Of a stretch of 64,000 nucleotides of DNA, positions 27,924 through 38,154 are shown one piece after another. The stretch spans positions 3,663 to 67,662 of the forward strand of contig JBJOMN010000054.1 of the NCBI GenBank assembly GCA_046052345.1, read 5' to 3'. The DNA is from Bacteroidota bacterium (GTDB lineage: Bacteria > Bacteroidota > Bacteroidia > AKYH767-A > 2013-40CM-41-45). A program made the translations under genes and the position numbers. The notes beneath the pieces were generated by a model. The model worked only from the letters and a program-made list of their open reading frames with translations. It did no database searches and was not told the DNA's origin. The number at the start of each line of letters is the position of its first letter. Positions within the stretch are counted from its first letter, which is position 1.

Positions 27924-28826
27924 ATGGAAACACTCACCTCGTACAGGCTGCTGGACGGCAAAATCATCTCCGCAAGGATCAGGGAAGGGATTGCCGAAGC
28001 CGTGCGGGGAATGTTGGAAGAGGGTAAACGTGCCCCGCATCTGTGCGCGGTACTGGTAGGCTCCGACGGAGCCTCCGAAACCTATGTAGCCTCCAAGATC
28101 AAGAACTGCAAAGAGGTGGGATTCGGATCTTCCTTGGTGCGGTATCCGGCTTCGGTTAGTCAGGAGGAACTCCTTGAAAAAATACGCGAACTGAATGAGG
28201 ATCCGTCCATAGACGGGATTTTAGTCCAGCTGCCGCTCCCCGGGCACATCAACGTGCACAAAGTGACGGAGACCATTTCTCCGGACAAGGATGTGGACGG
28301 ATTCCATCCTGTCAACCAGGGGCGGATGGTGCAGAACCTGCCTTGTTTCCTTCCTGCCACTCCGCTGGGTGTCCTGCTGATGCTTGAAAATGCGGGCATC
28401 AAGACCTCGGGCAAGCATTGTGTCGTCATCGGAAGGAGCAACATCGTGGGCAAGCCCATGAGCATACTCATGGCCCAGAACGCCGAGCCGGGAAACGCGA
28501 CCGTCACACTTTGTCACAGTAAGACCAAGGACCTTGCTGCCATTACGCGTACGGCCGACATCCTCATTGCTGCCATGGGAAAGCCACGTTTCATCAAGGC
28601 GGACATGGTGAAGCCGGGTGCGGTCGTCATCGATGTAGGTATCGCCCGCATCGAGGATCCCGCGACCAAGTCGGGATACCGTATCGTAGGAGATGTCGAT
28701 TTCGACGAAGTCGCCCCGAAATGCAGCTACATTTCTCCGGTACCCGGCGGTGTCGGTCTGATGACCATCGCCGGCCTTCTGATGAATACCCTTCGGGCCG
28801 CCCGAAAAGATATCCGTTTCTTCTGA
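27924..28826 (+). CDS. folD: bifunctional methylene-THF dehydrogenase/methenyl-THF cyclohydrolase
   Basis: ..YVASKIKNCKEVGF.., GILVQLPLP, GRSNIVGKPM. Start is moved to the ATG at 27924; the track uses a TTG overlapping the ffh stop. Confidence 0.9.
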   Translation: METLTSYRLLDGKIISARIREGIAEAVRGMLEEGKRAPHLCAVLVGSDGASETYVASKIKNCKEVGFGSSLVRYPASVSQEELLEKIRELNEDPSIDGILVQLPLPGHINVHKVTETISPDKDVDGFHPVNQGRMVQNLPCFLPATPLGVLLMLENAGIKTSGKHCVVIGRSNIVGKPMSILMAQNAEPGNATVTLCHSKTKDLAAITRTADILIAAMGKPRFIKADMVKPGAVVIDVGIARIEDPATKSGYRIVGDVDFDEVAPKCSYISPVPGGVGLMTIAGLLMNTLRAARKDIRFF

Positions 28827-28831
28827 GCGTC

Positions 28832-29440
28832 ATGTCCCGCGAGACCACCTACCCGCTGATGGAGCACTTCTTCACGTTGCAAGGGGAAGGGTTTAATACA
28901 GGAAAGTCGGCTTACTTCCTTCGCCTCGGCGGGTGTGATGTGGGTTGCGTCTGGTGCGATGTGAAAGATTCGTGGGACGCTGCCGTACATCCTCGTACCG
29001 CTGTCTCTTCCATGGTAGACCATGTCATCCTTGCAGGTGCGACTCGTGTCGTCGTCACCGGCGGGGAACCCTGCATGTACGATCTGGCTCCTTTGACCGA
29101 TGCACTGCATGGAGCAGGGGTCGAGTGTTATCTGGAGACATCCGGAGCTTATCCCGTCACGGGAACATGGGACTGGGTGTGTGTGTCTCCCAAGAAATTC
29201 AAGGGGCCGTTGGAATCCTCCCTGCAGCGTGCCGATGAACTGAAAGTGGTGATATACAATCGCCACGATTTTTCCTGGGCGGAGGAACATGCACGCTCCG
29301 TGCGCTCGGACTGCCGGCTATACCTTCAGCCGGAATATTCTGTTTTCGACAAGGTTGTTCCGCTGATGGTCGATTATGTGAAGGCGCATCCGGCCTGGTC
29401 AATCTCCATCCAGACGCATAAGGTGATGGGGGTGGAGTGA
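28832..29440 (+). CDS. queE: 7-carboxy-7-deazaguanine synthase (radical SAM)
   Basis: CDVGCVWCD cluster motif and the EHFFTLQGEG N-terminus. Start at MSRETTYPL. Confidence 0.85.
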   Translation: MSRETTYPLMEHFFTLQGEGFNTGKSAYFLRLGGCDVGCVWCDVKDSWDAAVHPRTAVSSMVDHVILAGATRVVVTGGEPCMYDLAPLTDALHGAGVECYLETSGAYPVTGTWDWVCVSPKKFKGPLESSLQRADELKVVIYNRHDFSWAEEHARSVRSDCRLYLQPEYSVFDKVVPLMVDYVKAHPAWSISIQTHKVMGVE

Positions 29441-29591
29441 AGAGTTACGAGTTGCGAGCTGCGAAACCGGAGCTTGAGTAATCGCAACCCGCCACCCTCA
29501 CTCCGCATCCCGAATCAAGGCCTGCTGTGCGTAATTATACCTTGGCCGTCCTTTTAGCGCCTGTTTTGGCCTTATTTTTGGAAGGAATCCT

Positions 29592-31574
29592 TTGAAATCC
29601 TCAGCGATGAACATGCTGCGCACCTTCTTTTTCCTATCGATACTTTCTCTTCTTTCCGGAACTGCTGTGGCACAGAAAAAGTACAGCACTTCCGATGAAA
29701 GGGCCATACGTTTCTTCCAGTCCGCATTGAGCAATTACAATGCTCGGCAGGACGAAAAAGCCCTCTCCGCCATCGAGGAGGCCCTGCAGGCGGATCCGGC
29801 ATTCATCGAGCCGATGCTGCTTCGTGCGAACATCTACTCGGATCAGCGCAAGACTTCCAAAGCGATCGATTCCTACCGTCAGGCCATCGCGGTGAATCCG
29901 GATTTCTTTCCCAACACTTTTTATTCCCTGGGGAAGCTGGAGTTCCTGACACGACAGTACGATTCCGCGGAGGTTCACCTGAACCGGTTTCTGTCTTATC
30001 CCTCGACCACCGAGTCGTTCCGTACGAATGCAAAAAGGCTTTCCGCCAGTTGCTCTTTTGCCAGGGAGTCCATGAAACATCCGGTCCGATTCGATCCCAA
30101 AAACATGGGACATGCCATCAATTCCACCGCCCAGGAGTATTTTCCGGCCATTACGGGCGATGGCAATACGTTTCTCTTCACAAGAAGGATAAAGAAGTCC
30201 GATGCGAACGGGAAAATATCGGATCAGGAGGATTTCTATGTCAGCCGTAAAAACAACGGTGCATGGGCCGACGCGGTCGCTGTGGAGGAGATCAATACCC
30301 CCGGCAACGAAGGGGCTCCGACGCTTTCCGCCGACGGGCAATACCTTTTCTTCACGGCGTGCGAAGAGCTTTACAACGACATAGAGGCACGTTCCACCAA
30401 AGGCAGCTGTGACCTGTTCATCGCAAAGAAGGTAGGCGACAAGTTCAACAATCCCCGGAACCTGGAAGAACCTGTAAACTCCGGTGCATGGGAGAGTCAG
30501 CCTTCATTCTCCTCCGATGGCCGCACGCTCTATTTCGTGCGTGCTGTGAAAGGTGCCGACGGCAAGAAGCAACGCGATATCTTCGTCACGCACATCGACG
30601 ACCGTTCCAGCTGGAGTAATCCTGAGCCGCTGAGCAGCAAGATCAACACGCCTTACGACGAGCTCTCCGTCTTCATTCATCCGGACGACCAGACGCTCTA
30701 TTTTTCCTCGGACGGACATCCCGGCATGGGCGGTCAGGACATCTTCATGAGCCGTCGTACGCCCACCGGAGAATGGGGAGAGCCGGTGAACCTCGGTTTT
30801 CCCATCAATTCCTCCGACGATGAGAATTCCCTGCTCGTAAGCCCTGATGGCACTATCGGCTATTTCGCCTCCGACCGGGAGGGCGGTTTCGGCGGATTGG
30901 ACCTGTATCAGTTCGAGCTGGACGATGCCCTGCGTCCCAGGATCGTCACTTACATGAAAGGAAAGGTCTACGATGCGGAAACGCGCAAGCCGCTGGGGGC
31001 TTCGTTCGAACTTATCGACCTGGATACCAAACGCCCCGTGGTGACGTCAACCTCGAATCCCGGCAACGGTGAATTCATCGTCTGTCTGCCAACCGGTAAA
31101 CGCTACGCCCTGAACGTTTCCCGCGACGGGTATCTGTTCTTCTCGGAGAATTTCGAGCTGAAGGACTCTAAAATCGCCGGAGATCCGTATTTGCGTGATG
31201 TGCCGATGAAACCCATCAAGGTCGGTGAAGCGGTGGTCCTGAAGAACATCTTTTTCGATTTCAACAAAGCCGATCTCAAGGAGGAGTCGAAAGTCGAGCT
31301 CAACAAGATGGTGGCCTTCCTGAATAAGAACCCGAAGCTGAACGTAGAGATCGGAGGGCATACCGACAATGTCGGCGGCAAAGCGTATAATCAAGGACTT
31401 TCCGAACGGAGGGCCCGGTCAGTGATGGATTACCTTATATCCGGGGGAATCGCATCCGGAAGATTGAGCTCGAAAGGTTACGGAGACAATATTCCCGTAG
31501 CGGATAACGCAACGGAATCAGGTCGTGCCCAGAACCGTCGCACGGAATTCAAGATCGTGTCGATCAGTCAGTGA
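29592..31574 (+). CDS. OmpA-family protein with TPR, PD40-like repeats and a C-terminal OmpA domain
   Basis: Signal peptide and a C-terminus NIFFDFNKADLK..GHTDNVGG..NRRTEF (OmpA_C). Confidence 0.8.
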   Translation: MKSSAMNMLRTFFFLSILSLLSGTAVAQKKYSTSDERAIRFFQSALSNYNARQDEKALSAIEEALQADPAFIEPMLLRANIYSDQRKTSKAIDSYRQAIAVNPDFFPNTFYSLGKLEFLTRQYDSAEVHLNRFLSYPSTTESFRTNAKRLSASCSFARESMKHPVRFDPKNMGHAINSTAQEYFPAITGDGNTFLFTRRIKKSDANGKISDQEDFYVSRKNNGAWADAVAVEEINTPGNEGAPTLSADGQYLFFTACEELYNDIEARSTKGSCDLFIAKKVGDKFNNPRNLEEPVNSGAWESQPSFSSDGRTLYFVRAVKGADGKKQRDIFVTHIDDRSSWSNPEPLSSKINTPYDELSVFIHPDDQTLYFSSDGHPGMGGQDIFMSRRTPTGEWGEPVNLGFPINSSDDENSLLVSPDGTIGYFASDREGGFGGLDLYQFELDDALRPRIVTYMKGKVYDAETRKPLGASFELIDLDTKRPVVTSTSNPGNGEFIVCLPTGKRYALNVSRDGYLFFSENFELKDSKIAGDPYLRDVPMKPIKVGEAVVLKNIFFDFNKADLKEESKVELNKMVAFLNKNPKLNVEIGGHTDNVGGKAYNQGLSERRARSVMDYLISGGIASGRLSSKGYGDNIPVADNATESGRAQNRRTEFKIVSISQ

Positions 31575-33031
31575 TCCGCATGCAGGATCATCATATTCCT
31601 TGTCGACTGACTGCCTCCGTTTCCTGTTACGAACAGCCGGTAAAGTCCGCTCGGCAGGCTCTTCACGGAAATCGTACTCTGCTCCCCGTTCACATGTTCG
31701 CGATATACGGTGCGTCCGTCGGTGGATACGAGAATGAGTTCCATTCCTTTCTCCTTCGCCCTTCCTTCCGGAAGTTCGACCCGCAGCAGATCGTCGGATG
31801 GGTTGGGAAAGGCGATAACGGAGGAGGTCAGGTCGCTTTCTTCCACACTGATCACGAAAGACCTTGTGACGGAGCAATCGGTTGCATCGGTCCGGACCAG
31901 TAGCATGGTTTGTATGCCCACCGGAGAGAAGTCCGTTGTTCCGCCTACCAGGAAAATCCCGTTTCCTTCATATTCACCATGAAAGGCGATTTCGTTTTCG
32001 GAGGTTCCTATCGTACACCCTTGGATGAACGCGCCGTCCGACTTGAACCTATTGATGACAAAGTCAGTTCCGCCTTCGCCTGAACTTGCAGTCAAACCGC
32101 ATGCGTAGATGGTGTCATTACGCAGAAAGAGGTCATTATAACCTTCTGCACCGGCAACAGTGAACGCCTCCCGCCATAACAGCTGGCCGGAATCGGTCAC
32201 TGCCCCGATCAGGAAGTCATAATCGGTACTTCCGGGGTCCAGTTTGTTACCGCAAAAGGCGATGTTGCCGTTCGGCAGCGCCGCGATGCCGTGGATCTCC
32301 TCCTGCTCGGCCCCCAGTGAGGTATAGGTCCACTGCGTGTTCCACGGCGTAGTAGAGGTGTTAAAACGGTAAATGACCGCCTTCCTTTCAAGCGTGAGCG
32401 GATTTTCCGAATAGCCGCAGGCAAGAATATCGTCGTTATTGCATAAGGCTCCTTTCAGGAGCTGCAGGTTGTTTGACGAGGAAACGTAATTTGATGCAGC
32501 TACGTTTCCCTGTAAGTCAATCACCATCGACCAGCCGGTGGCCGTAGCCCCGTTATTGATGTAGGTCGAACCGGTCAGCAGTACGGTGTTGTCGGGAAGC
32601 AGCAAGGCGTCATTTAATCTGTCCCATCCCGTTCCTCCGTAAGTATGCGTCCAGAGGGTATCTCCGGAGGCCTTGAGACGAGTGACATAACCGTCGTAAT
32701 CGTTGTTGGAGGAAAAGCTGTTCGAGTAGCCGGCAAGCAGCCAGCCGGAGTCGGGGAGCGCGATGATGTCCGCAGCTACGTCTGCGCCGCTGCCACCCAA
32801 GGTCTTCACCCAAAGTGTGTTCCCGGCGCTATCAGTGCGTATGACAACCCATCCGGTCATGGCAGTTGAAGCGCCGGAGTAGGAGCCGAAAAGTGCATAT
32901 CCTCCCTCAGGAGACACTGCGAAAGAGGGCAACGTGTTGAAGCTTCCCCAGCTATAGGTCCTGCGGAACAGTTGTCCGTTTGCGAAGGAAACGGATGAAA
33001 GGAAGAAAAGCAGGAGCAGCTTCTTTTTCAT
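31568..33031 (-). CDS. secreted beta-propeller repeat protein with a T9SS C-terminal sorting domain
   Basis: Signal peptide, about 7 repeats of ..G..GxD.. blades, and a C-terminal roughly 80-aa CTD (..SLPSGLYRLFVTGNGGSQSTRNMMI..). Confidence 0.7.
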   Translation of the reverse strand: MKKKLLLLFFLSSVSFANGQLFRRTYSWGSFNTLPSFAVSPEGGYALFGSYSGASTAMTGWVVIRTDSAGNTLWVKTLGGSGADVAADIIALPDSGWLLAGYSNSFSSNNDYDGYVTRLKASGDTLWTHTYGGTGWDRLNDALLLPDNTVLLTGSTYINNGATATGWSMVIDLQGNVAASNYVSSSNNLQLLKGALCNNDDILACGYSENPLTLERKAVIYRFNTSTTPWNTQWTYTSLGAEQEEIHGIAALPNGNIAFCGNKLDPGSTDYDFLIGAVTDSGQLLWREAFTVAGAEGYNDLFLRNDTIYACGLTASSGEGGTDFVINRFKSDGAFIQGCTIGTSENEIAFHGEYEGNGIFLVGGTTDFSPVGIQTMLLVRTDATDCSVTRSFVISVEESDLTSSVIAFPNPSDDLLRVELPEGRAKEKGMELILVSTDGRTVYREHVNGEQSTISVKSLPSGLYRLFVTGNGGSQSTRNMMILHADH

Positions 33032-33855
33032 GACATTTGAAATTCGCGGACGGCTTCACGAACGCGAAGCAGCCGTTCCAGCATGGCTTCCAGGTGGTCG
33101 AGATGGAGCATGTTGGCACCGTCCGACTTGGCGTTTTTCGGGTCCGGATGCGTTTCGACGAAAAGACCGTCGGCACCGACGGCGATAGCGGCTTTGGCGA
33201 TCAGTTCAATGAGGTCGGGCCGGCCTCCCGTTACGCCGCTCGACTGGTTCGGTTGCTGCAAAGAATGGGTGATATCCATGATCACCGGAACATTGTTGGA
33301 CCTCATGGCGGCAATCGAGCGGAAGTCTACGATCAAGTCCTGGTAGCCGAACATGGTGCCTCTTTCCGTGAGCAGGATGTTCTCGTTACCCGTGCCCCGG
33401 ACTTTCTCCACCGCGAACTTCATGGCTTCTGCGGAAAGGAACTGTCCCTTTTTAATGTTTACGGATTTACCTGTATTTCCCGCAGCCACCAGCAGATCCG
33501 TCTGCCGGCAAAGGAAGGCCGGGATCTGAAGCATGTCCGTGTAAGCCGCGGCTTCTTCCGCTTCGCTCGATTCGTGGATGTCGGTGACCACCGGTACTTC
33601 AAAGCGCTTTCGTACCTCTCCAAGGATCTTCAGTGCGGGATCGTCACCGATTCCGGTGAACGAATCGTTCCGGGTCCGGTTGGCTTTTCGGTAACTGGCC
33701 TTGAATACGTAGGGGATTTTCAGCCTGTCAGTGATCTCCCGGATACGCTCTGCGATACGGAAGGTCATTTCTTCACTTTCCACCACACAGGGTCCGGCCA
33801 GAAGAAAGAAACTACCTGAATCGGTGTTGCGGAGGTGGGGCAGGTTGGGCAGCAT
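33028..33855 (-). CDS. kdsA: 3-deoxy-8-phosphooctulonate synthase
   Basis: FLLAGPCVVESEE..KASYRKANRTR..KKGQF motifs. Confidence 0.9.
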   Translation of the reverse strand: MLPNLPHLRNTDSGSFFLLAGPCVVESEEMTFRIAERIREITDRLKIPYVFKASYRKANRTRNDSFTGIGDDPALKILGEVRKRFEVPVVTDIHESSEAEEAAAYTDMLQIPAFLCRQTDLLVAAGNTGKSVNIKKGQFLSAEAMKFAVEKVRGTGNENILLTERGTMFGYQDLIVDFRSIAAMRSNNVPVIMDITHSLQQPNQSSGVTGGRPDLIELIAKAAIAVGADGLFVETHPDPKNAKSDGANMLHLDHLEAMLERLLRVREAVREFQMS

Positions 33856-33857
33856 GG

Positions 33858-35105
33858 TCAGAACGATTTTTGCAAAGATAGGAAAGCTCCCTGTGAGGTG
33901 CCTCTTCCGTCCTCGAACCAGCCGGTGATGAAATCACTTCCTAGTCGGAATTTCCACTTTCCGTTGTCATAATCGAAGCCTGCTCCGGCGTTCCAACCGG
34001 TGTAACCTCCGTATTGCGTACCCAAGCGGAAAGTATGGCGGGGGCTGAGACGGACGGAGGCATCCAGCCAGACCATCGGAATCGAAGTCTCCCGAAGGTA
34101 AAGTCTCGTCCCTACGGCAAGTGACAGCCTGTTCTCCCAAAAACCTTGCTCGTGCCAGAGGTCGATTTGCCCGGGGGTAGGGATGTTGAAGGCTTCCTTC
34201 CTGCGGTTGACGATGAACTGCTGTGCAAATGCCGAGTCGTCGAGGATGCCGGTGACCGAATCGCGGAAGTCGAACAGGTCGGTGATGTCGATGCCTTCGA
34301 ACCGTAAGGAGGTATCCACTTCGGCGTAGGAAGAGCGCTCAAAGAAGTGGATGAATCCAAGGTTCCTGACACCTAGGTGCGTCCTGCCATTGTCTCCTGT
34401 ACCGACGGAGATCCCGGCGGTAATACCTGCGCCGGCACCGTTCATCGTCGAAGGAGCTTTTCCGGTGGAGTCGCTTTGACGGAAAACCAGGTCCAGATCC
34501 GAATCGATGTATTCGCCGTCCGGCGAGGTGTACAGCCATCCGTTCGTGGCCTTTACATCGAAGAGGTCGTGGCCGATCAGGAACGATCCCAGACCATACC
34601 ACTCTATTTTTCCGTCACGGCTGCTGCCTGCCGCGCCGGCTCCGGCCTGATAGTAGAAAAGAAGACGGAAGGAACTGTTCGTCACAAATGCCGTATCGCC
34701 CGCATACTGCTTGTTGCCGCGGAAATACAGCTCGAATACGTCATCGCGGAACTTGCTGTCTACGAACAGGTGATGCTGCAGGGAGAAAATGTAATGGAAG
34801 CGGGATGAATCGGGTCGGTGAAGGAATTCGAGTGTTCCGTTGAAACCGAGCGCGAAACGGTTGATTTCGGAAGAACGCTCACTCACCCGGTCTTTGACAG
34901 GATCATCGATGAAACGATGGATCAGATAGTATTCCGCCAATTGATTGGTGAGCGCATCCGAGGCGAAGAAATAATCCGTCCCGAATCCGATAGCGTACCC
35001 GGCGCTGTCGGGTAGCCGGTACTCGTTCCGGACGTCCCAATGCTGGGCCGTCGCAGACCGCACGGAAAGTGATAGTAGCAGCAGCAGGATCGTCTTCTTG
35101 ATCAT
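33858..35105 (-). CDS. putative outer-membrane beta-barrel protein
   Basis: Signal peptide, alternating Gly/aromatic beta-strand pattern and a C-terminal ..LSLQKSF (terminal Phe). 415 aa. No family assigned. Confidence 0.45.
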   Translation of the reverse strand: MIKKTILLLLLSLSVRSATAQHWDVRNEYRLPDSAGYAIGFGTDYFFASDALTNQLAEYYLIHRFIDDPVKDRVSERSSEINRFALGFNGTLEFLHRPDSSRFHYIFSLQHHLFVDSKFRDDVFELYFRGNKQYAGDTAFVTNSSFRLLFYYQAGAGAAGSSRDGKIEWYGLGSFLIGHDLFDVKATNGWLYTSPDGEYIDSDLDLVFRQSDSTGKAPSTMNGAGAGITAGISVGTGDNGRTHLGVRNLGFIHFFERSSYAEVDTSLRFEGIDITDLFDFRDSVTGILDDSAFAQQFIVNRRKEAFNIPTPGQIDLWHEQGFWENRLSLAVGTRLYLRETSIPMVWLDASVRLSPRHTFRLGTQYGGYTGWNAGAGFDYDNGKWKFRLGSDFITGWFEDGRGTSQGAFLSLQKSF

Positions 35106-36724
35106 CGGATCGAATAAGTTCCGTCTGCGACGAGTTTGAGTTTCAGCCGATAGCTGTCATACAGGTCCAGCAGCTGCGGCTGACCGACGGACGTGAAGGA
35201 GGCACGGATGATCATGCGGGTCGCTTCCAGAAGGTGTTGCTTGCGGGTGCCGTCTACCGGAATGCTGATGCGCGTGGTCGTGGGGGCGATGACTTTCCAC
35301 TGTGCATCCGTGGCGCCCGCGGGGATGATATCGGGCACCAGCAATTGGTCCGTCACCGTACCGCCGGCATCGAGCAACGAAAGCTGCAGCTGTATGTCGA
35401 CCGGGAAGCCGTTCTCGGCGATGAGTTTGAATACGAATGGGCCGACGACATTTAAATCGTTGAGATTGGTGGTCGAAAGGTCCTGCGTATCCAACAGCGT
35501 CAGCGCATCCATGGAAAGTCGCAGCGGAATCTCCAATCGTGTCCGTGTTTTGATCAGCCGGTCCTTGAAGACGAAGTCGCTGTTGCCTCCGATATTGCCC
35601 ATCGGATTGAGGCTGAACCTTAGACGCGTTCCGATACGGTCGGGGAGGTTCTGGATGAAAGATTTCAGGTTGCTGTTCGAATTATCGAGCAGAAAGGACG
35701 CCCGGGTCGGAATCACGGGTGAAGCAGGGTTGCCGGTCTCTAATGCTCTTCCCAGATTGACGTTTCTGTTCAGGACAGACGGTGCGACCAGCGAAACAGT
35801 CGGTGTGCCGTTGCGGATGCTCGTGAGGGACGAGATATAGGCGGAAAGGTCCGCTCCGATGCCGTTCTCCAGCTCCATGGAAAGCGTGGCGCTGTCGAGC
35901 TGCATCGTACCGCTTTGCAGCAACTTGCCGTCTCCGATGCGTACGGTGTCGTCGATGTCGAAAGTCTGCTGTCCCAGGTAACCTTTGACGTAATACGGTT
36001 CGATTCCTTTCAGTTCGGTTTCCAAATGAACGACATTGTCCAGGTAACTGATTGTGATCGGCCCGCCGTTCGGGTCCGTAGTCACCGCAAGGGTATAGTA
36101 AATCGCGTTGAACAGATTTCCGTTACGACCTGTCAGGTCGATTTCCGTTCCGGAGATGTCGATTTCCGTGGTGCCGAAGGCAGGGACACCTTGGCTTCCG
36201 GCAGCTACAGTGTCGACAATCGTGATCGGCGATCCGTTTTTGATACACTTCGGAAAAACGTAGGTGAAAAGCAATTGCGTAGGGTAGATGTTGCGGAAGG
36301 TGGCACGGATGAACCCTTTTTCAATGATTGCTTTTCGCAACGGTGTTCCGGAGGCGGCGACCCGGAGGTAATCCGTACGGCTGAAGGCGGTGACAGGAAT
36401 AGCTGTTCCGGGCGGAATGGTCAGCGGGAATATCAAGGAGTCCCACAGGTCGGTGACAAGCGTGGTGTCCGGAATCAGGTATATCGAATCCGTCTCAAGA
36501 TTATCGTATTCACTTTCGAACACCACGCGTACTTTACCGTCGGCATCCGAAATGGTCAGGGAGTCAGCCAGTAACTGGTCGATACCCAGGTCGGCTTTGA
36601 GGACGGGGCCAAGTATGTCGATATCCCATTGCGGATTCGGTGCTTCCTGTCTGCATCCGGAGAGGACCGGAAGCGATGAGAGTAGGATAGCGTAATAAAA
36701 AAGTCGATGCCCGGACATGGTCAC
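35102..36724 (-). CDS. hypothetical lipoprotein (540 aa)
   Basis: Lipobox PVLSGC. Overlaps the downstream OMP gene by 4 nt. No recognisable family. Confidence 0.45.
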   Translation of the reverse strand: MTMSGHRLFYYAILLSSLPVLSGCRQEAPNPQWDIDILGPVLKADLGIDQLLADSLTISDADGKVRVVFESEYDNLETDSIYLIPDTTLVTDLWDSLIFPLTIPPGTAIPVTAFSRTDYLRVAASGTPLRKAIIEKGFIRATFRNIYPTQLLFTYVFPKCIKNGSPITIVDTVAAGSQGVPAFGTTEIDISGTEIDLTGRNGNLFNAIYYTLAVTTDPNGGPITISYLDNVVHLETELKGIEPYYVKGYLGQQTFDIDDTVRIGDGKLLQSGTMQLDSATLSMELENGIGADLSAYISSLTSIRNGTPTVSLVAPSVLNRNVNLGRALETGNPASPVIPTRASFLLDNSNSNLKSFIQNLPDRIGTRLRFSLNPMGNIGGNSDFVFKDRLIKTRTRLEIPLRLSMDALTLLDTQDLSTTNLNDLNVVGPFVFKLIAENGFPVDIQLQLSLLDAGGTVTDQLLVPDIIPAGATDAQWKVIAPTTTRISIPVDGTRKQHLLEATRMIIRASFTSVGQPQLLDLYDSYRLKLKLVADGTYSIR

Positions 36725-36757
36725 ATGCGAAAGGTTGATAATTACGATGCAGACAAG

Positions 36758-38068
36758 TTACTCATTTTGATCCGAAGCCTTCCCGAACTCATATTTTTCT
36801 TTCCACCGCAACTTCAGCCATTCGTGTATTTCTTTTTCACGGGCATTTTGTCCGGGGAGGTAGAAGGTTGTACCGGAAATAGCGTCCGGTAGGAACTCCT
36901 GCCCGGAGAATCCTCCGGCACGGGAGTGGTCGTATTGGTAATCCTTTCCGTACCCGAGGGATTTCATGAGCCGGGTCGGGGCGTTACGCAGGTGCATCGG
37001 TACGGGCAGATCGCCCGTTTCTTTCACTTTCTCCAACGCATCCTCGATAGCCATGTAGGTAGAATTGCTCTTCGGAGAACAGGCCAGATAGACGGCCGTC
37101 TCCGACAGGATGATGCGGCACTCGGGATATCCGGTCTTGCTGACAGCATCGAAACAGGCGTTGGCGATGACCAGGGCGGTAGGATTTGCCATGCCCACAT
37201 CCTCTGCGGCCAGGATCAGCATCCTGCGTGCGATGAAGACAGGGTCTTCTCCTCCTGCAATCATCCGTGCGAGCCAGTATACCGCTCCGTTGGGATCGCT
37301 GCCACGCATCGATTTGATGAAGGCGCTGATGATGTCGTAATGCTGTTCGCCGGTCTTGTCGTACCGTGCCATCTGCTGCTGTGCAACCGACAGTACGTAT
37401 GCGTCGGTGACCATCACGGGGTCGTTGCCCGGAACGGACTGAATCACCAGCTCCAGCAGGTTGAGCAGTTTTCGTGCATCACCGCCGCTCAGCCTCAGCA
37501 GCGCTGCGGTTTCCGTGAACGAGATATCGCGCTTCTTCAGATCCGCATCTTGACGGATAGCGCGCTGCAGCAGGCTCTCAAGTTGTTCTTTCGTAAGCTC
37601 CCTCAGTACGTATACCTGGCAACGGGAAAGCAGCGGTGCAATGACCTCGAAGGACGGGTTCTCGGTAGTGGCACCGATCAGGGTGATGATGCCTTGTTCC
37701 ACGGCGGCCAGCAGGGAATCCTGCTGCGACTTGCTGAAGCGGTGGATCTCGTCGATGAAGAGTATGGCGTTACCCGGCACCTCCTTCAGTTCACCGGAAT
37801 ATTGCCTGGCTTTCTCGATCACATCCCTCACGTCTTTAACTCCCGAACTGACAGCGCTCAGGACATAGAAGGGCCTGCGAAGGCTTTTGGCGATGATGCC
37901 GGCCAATGTCGTTTTTCCGACACCCGGCGGTCCCCACAGGATGATGGAGGGAAGCCTGTTGGAGATGATGGCCCTGCGCAAAACGGCATCCGGACCGACC
38001 AGGTGTTCCTGACCGATATAATCGTCAAGGGAGGAGGGGCGAAGCCGCTCTGCCAACGGTGCGTCCAT
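36758..38068 (-). CDS. rarA: replication-associated recombination protein A (AAA+ ATPase)
   Basis: [27 protein letters not shown].. Confidence 0.9.
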   Translation of the reverse strand: MDAPLAERLRPSSLDDYIGQEHLVGPDAVLRRAIISNRLPSIILWGPPGVGKTTLAGIIAKSLRRPFYVLSAVSSGVKDVRDVIEKARQYSGELKEVPGNAILFIDEIHRFSKSQQDSLLAAVEQGIITLIGATTENPSFEVIAPLLSRCQVYVLRELTKEQLESLLQRAIRQDADLKKRDISFTETAALLRLSGGDARKLLNLLELVIQSVPGNDPVMVTDAYVLSVAQQQMARYDKTGEQHYDIISAFIKSMRGSDPNGAVYWLARMIAGGEDPVFIARRMLILAAEDVGMANPTALVIANACFDAVSKTGYPECRIILSETAVYLACSPKSNSTYMAIEDALEKVKETGDLPVPMHLRNAPTRLMKSLGYGKDYQYDHSRAGGFSGQEFLPDAISGTTFYLPGQNAREKEIHEWLKLRWKEKYEFGKASDQNE

Positions 38069-38154
38069 GAAACCGGGATTAAACCTTTCGAGAATATGTG
38101 CGTCTTTGAGCGGAAAGGCCGTTTTTTATCGCACAATTACGCATTTCTTCTCAA

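Noticed and set aside
29441-29591. Imperfect inverted repeat (GTTGCGA ... TCGCAAC) after queE
   Set aside because: Short stem with no T-run. Insufficient for a terminator or structured-RNA call.
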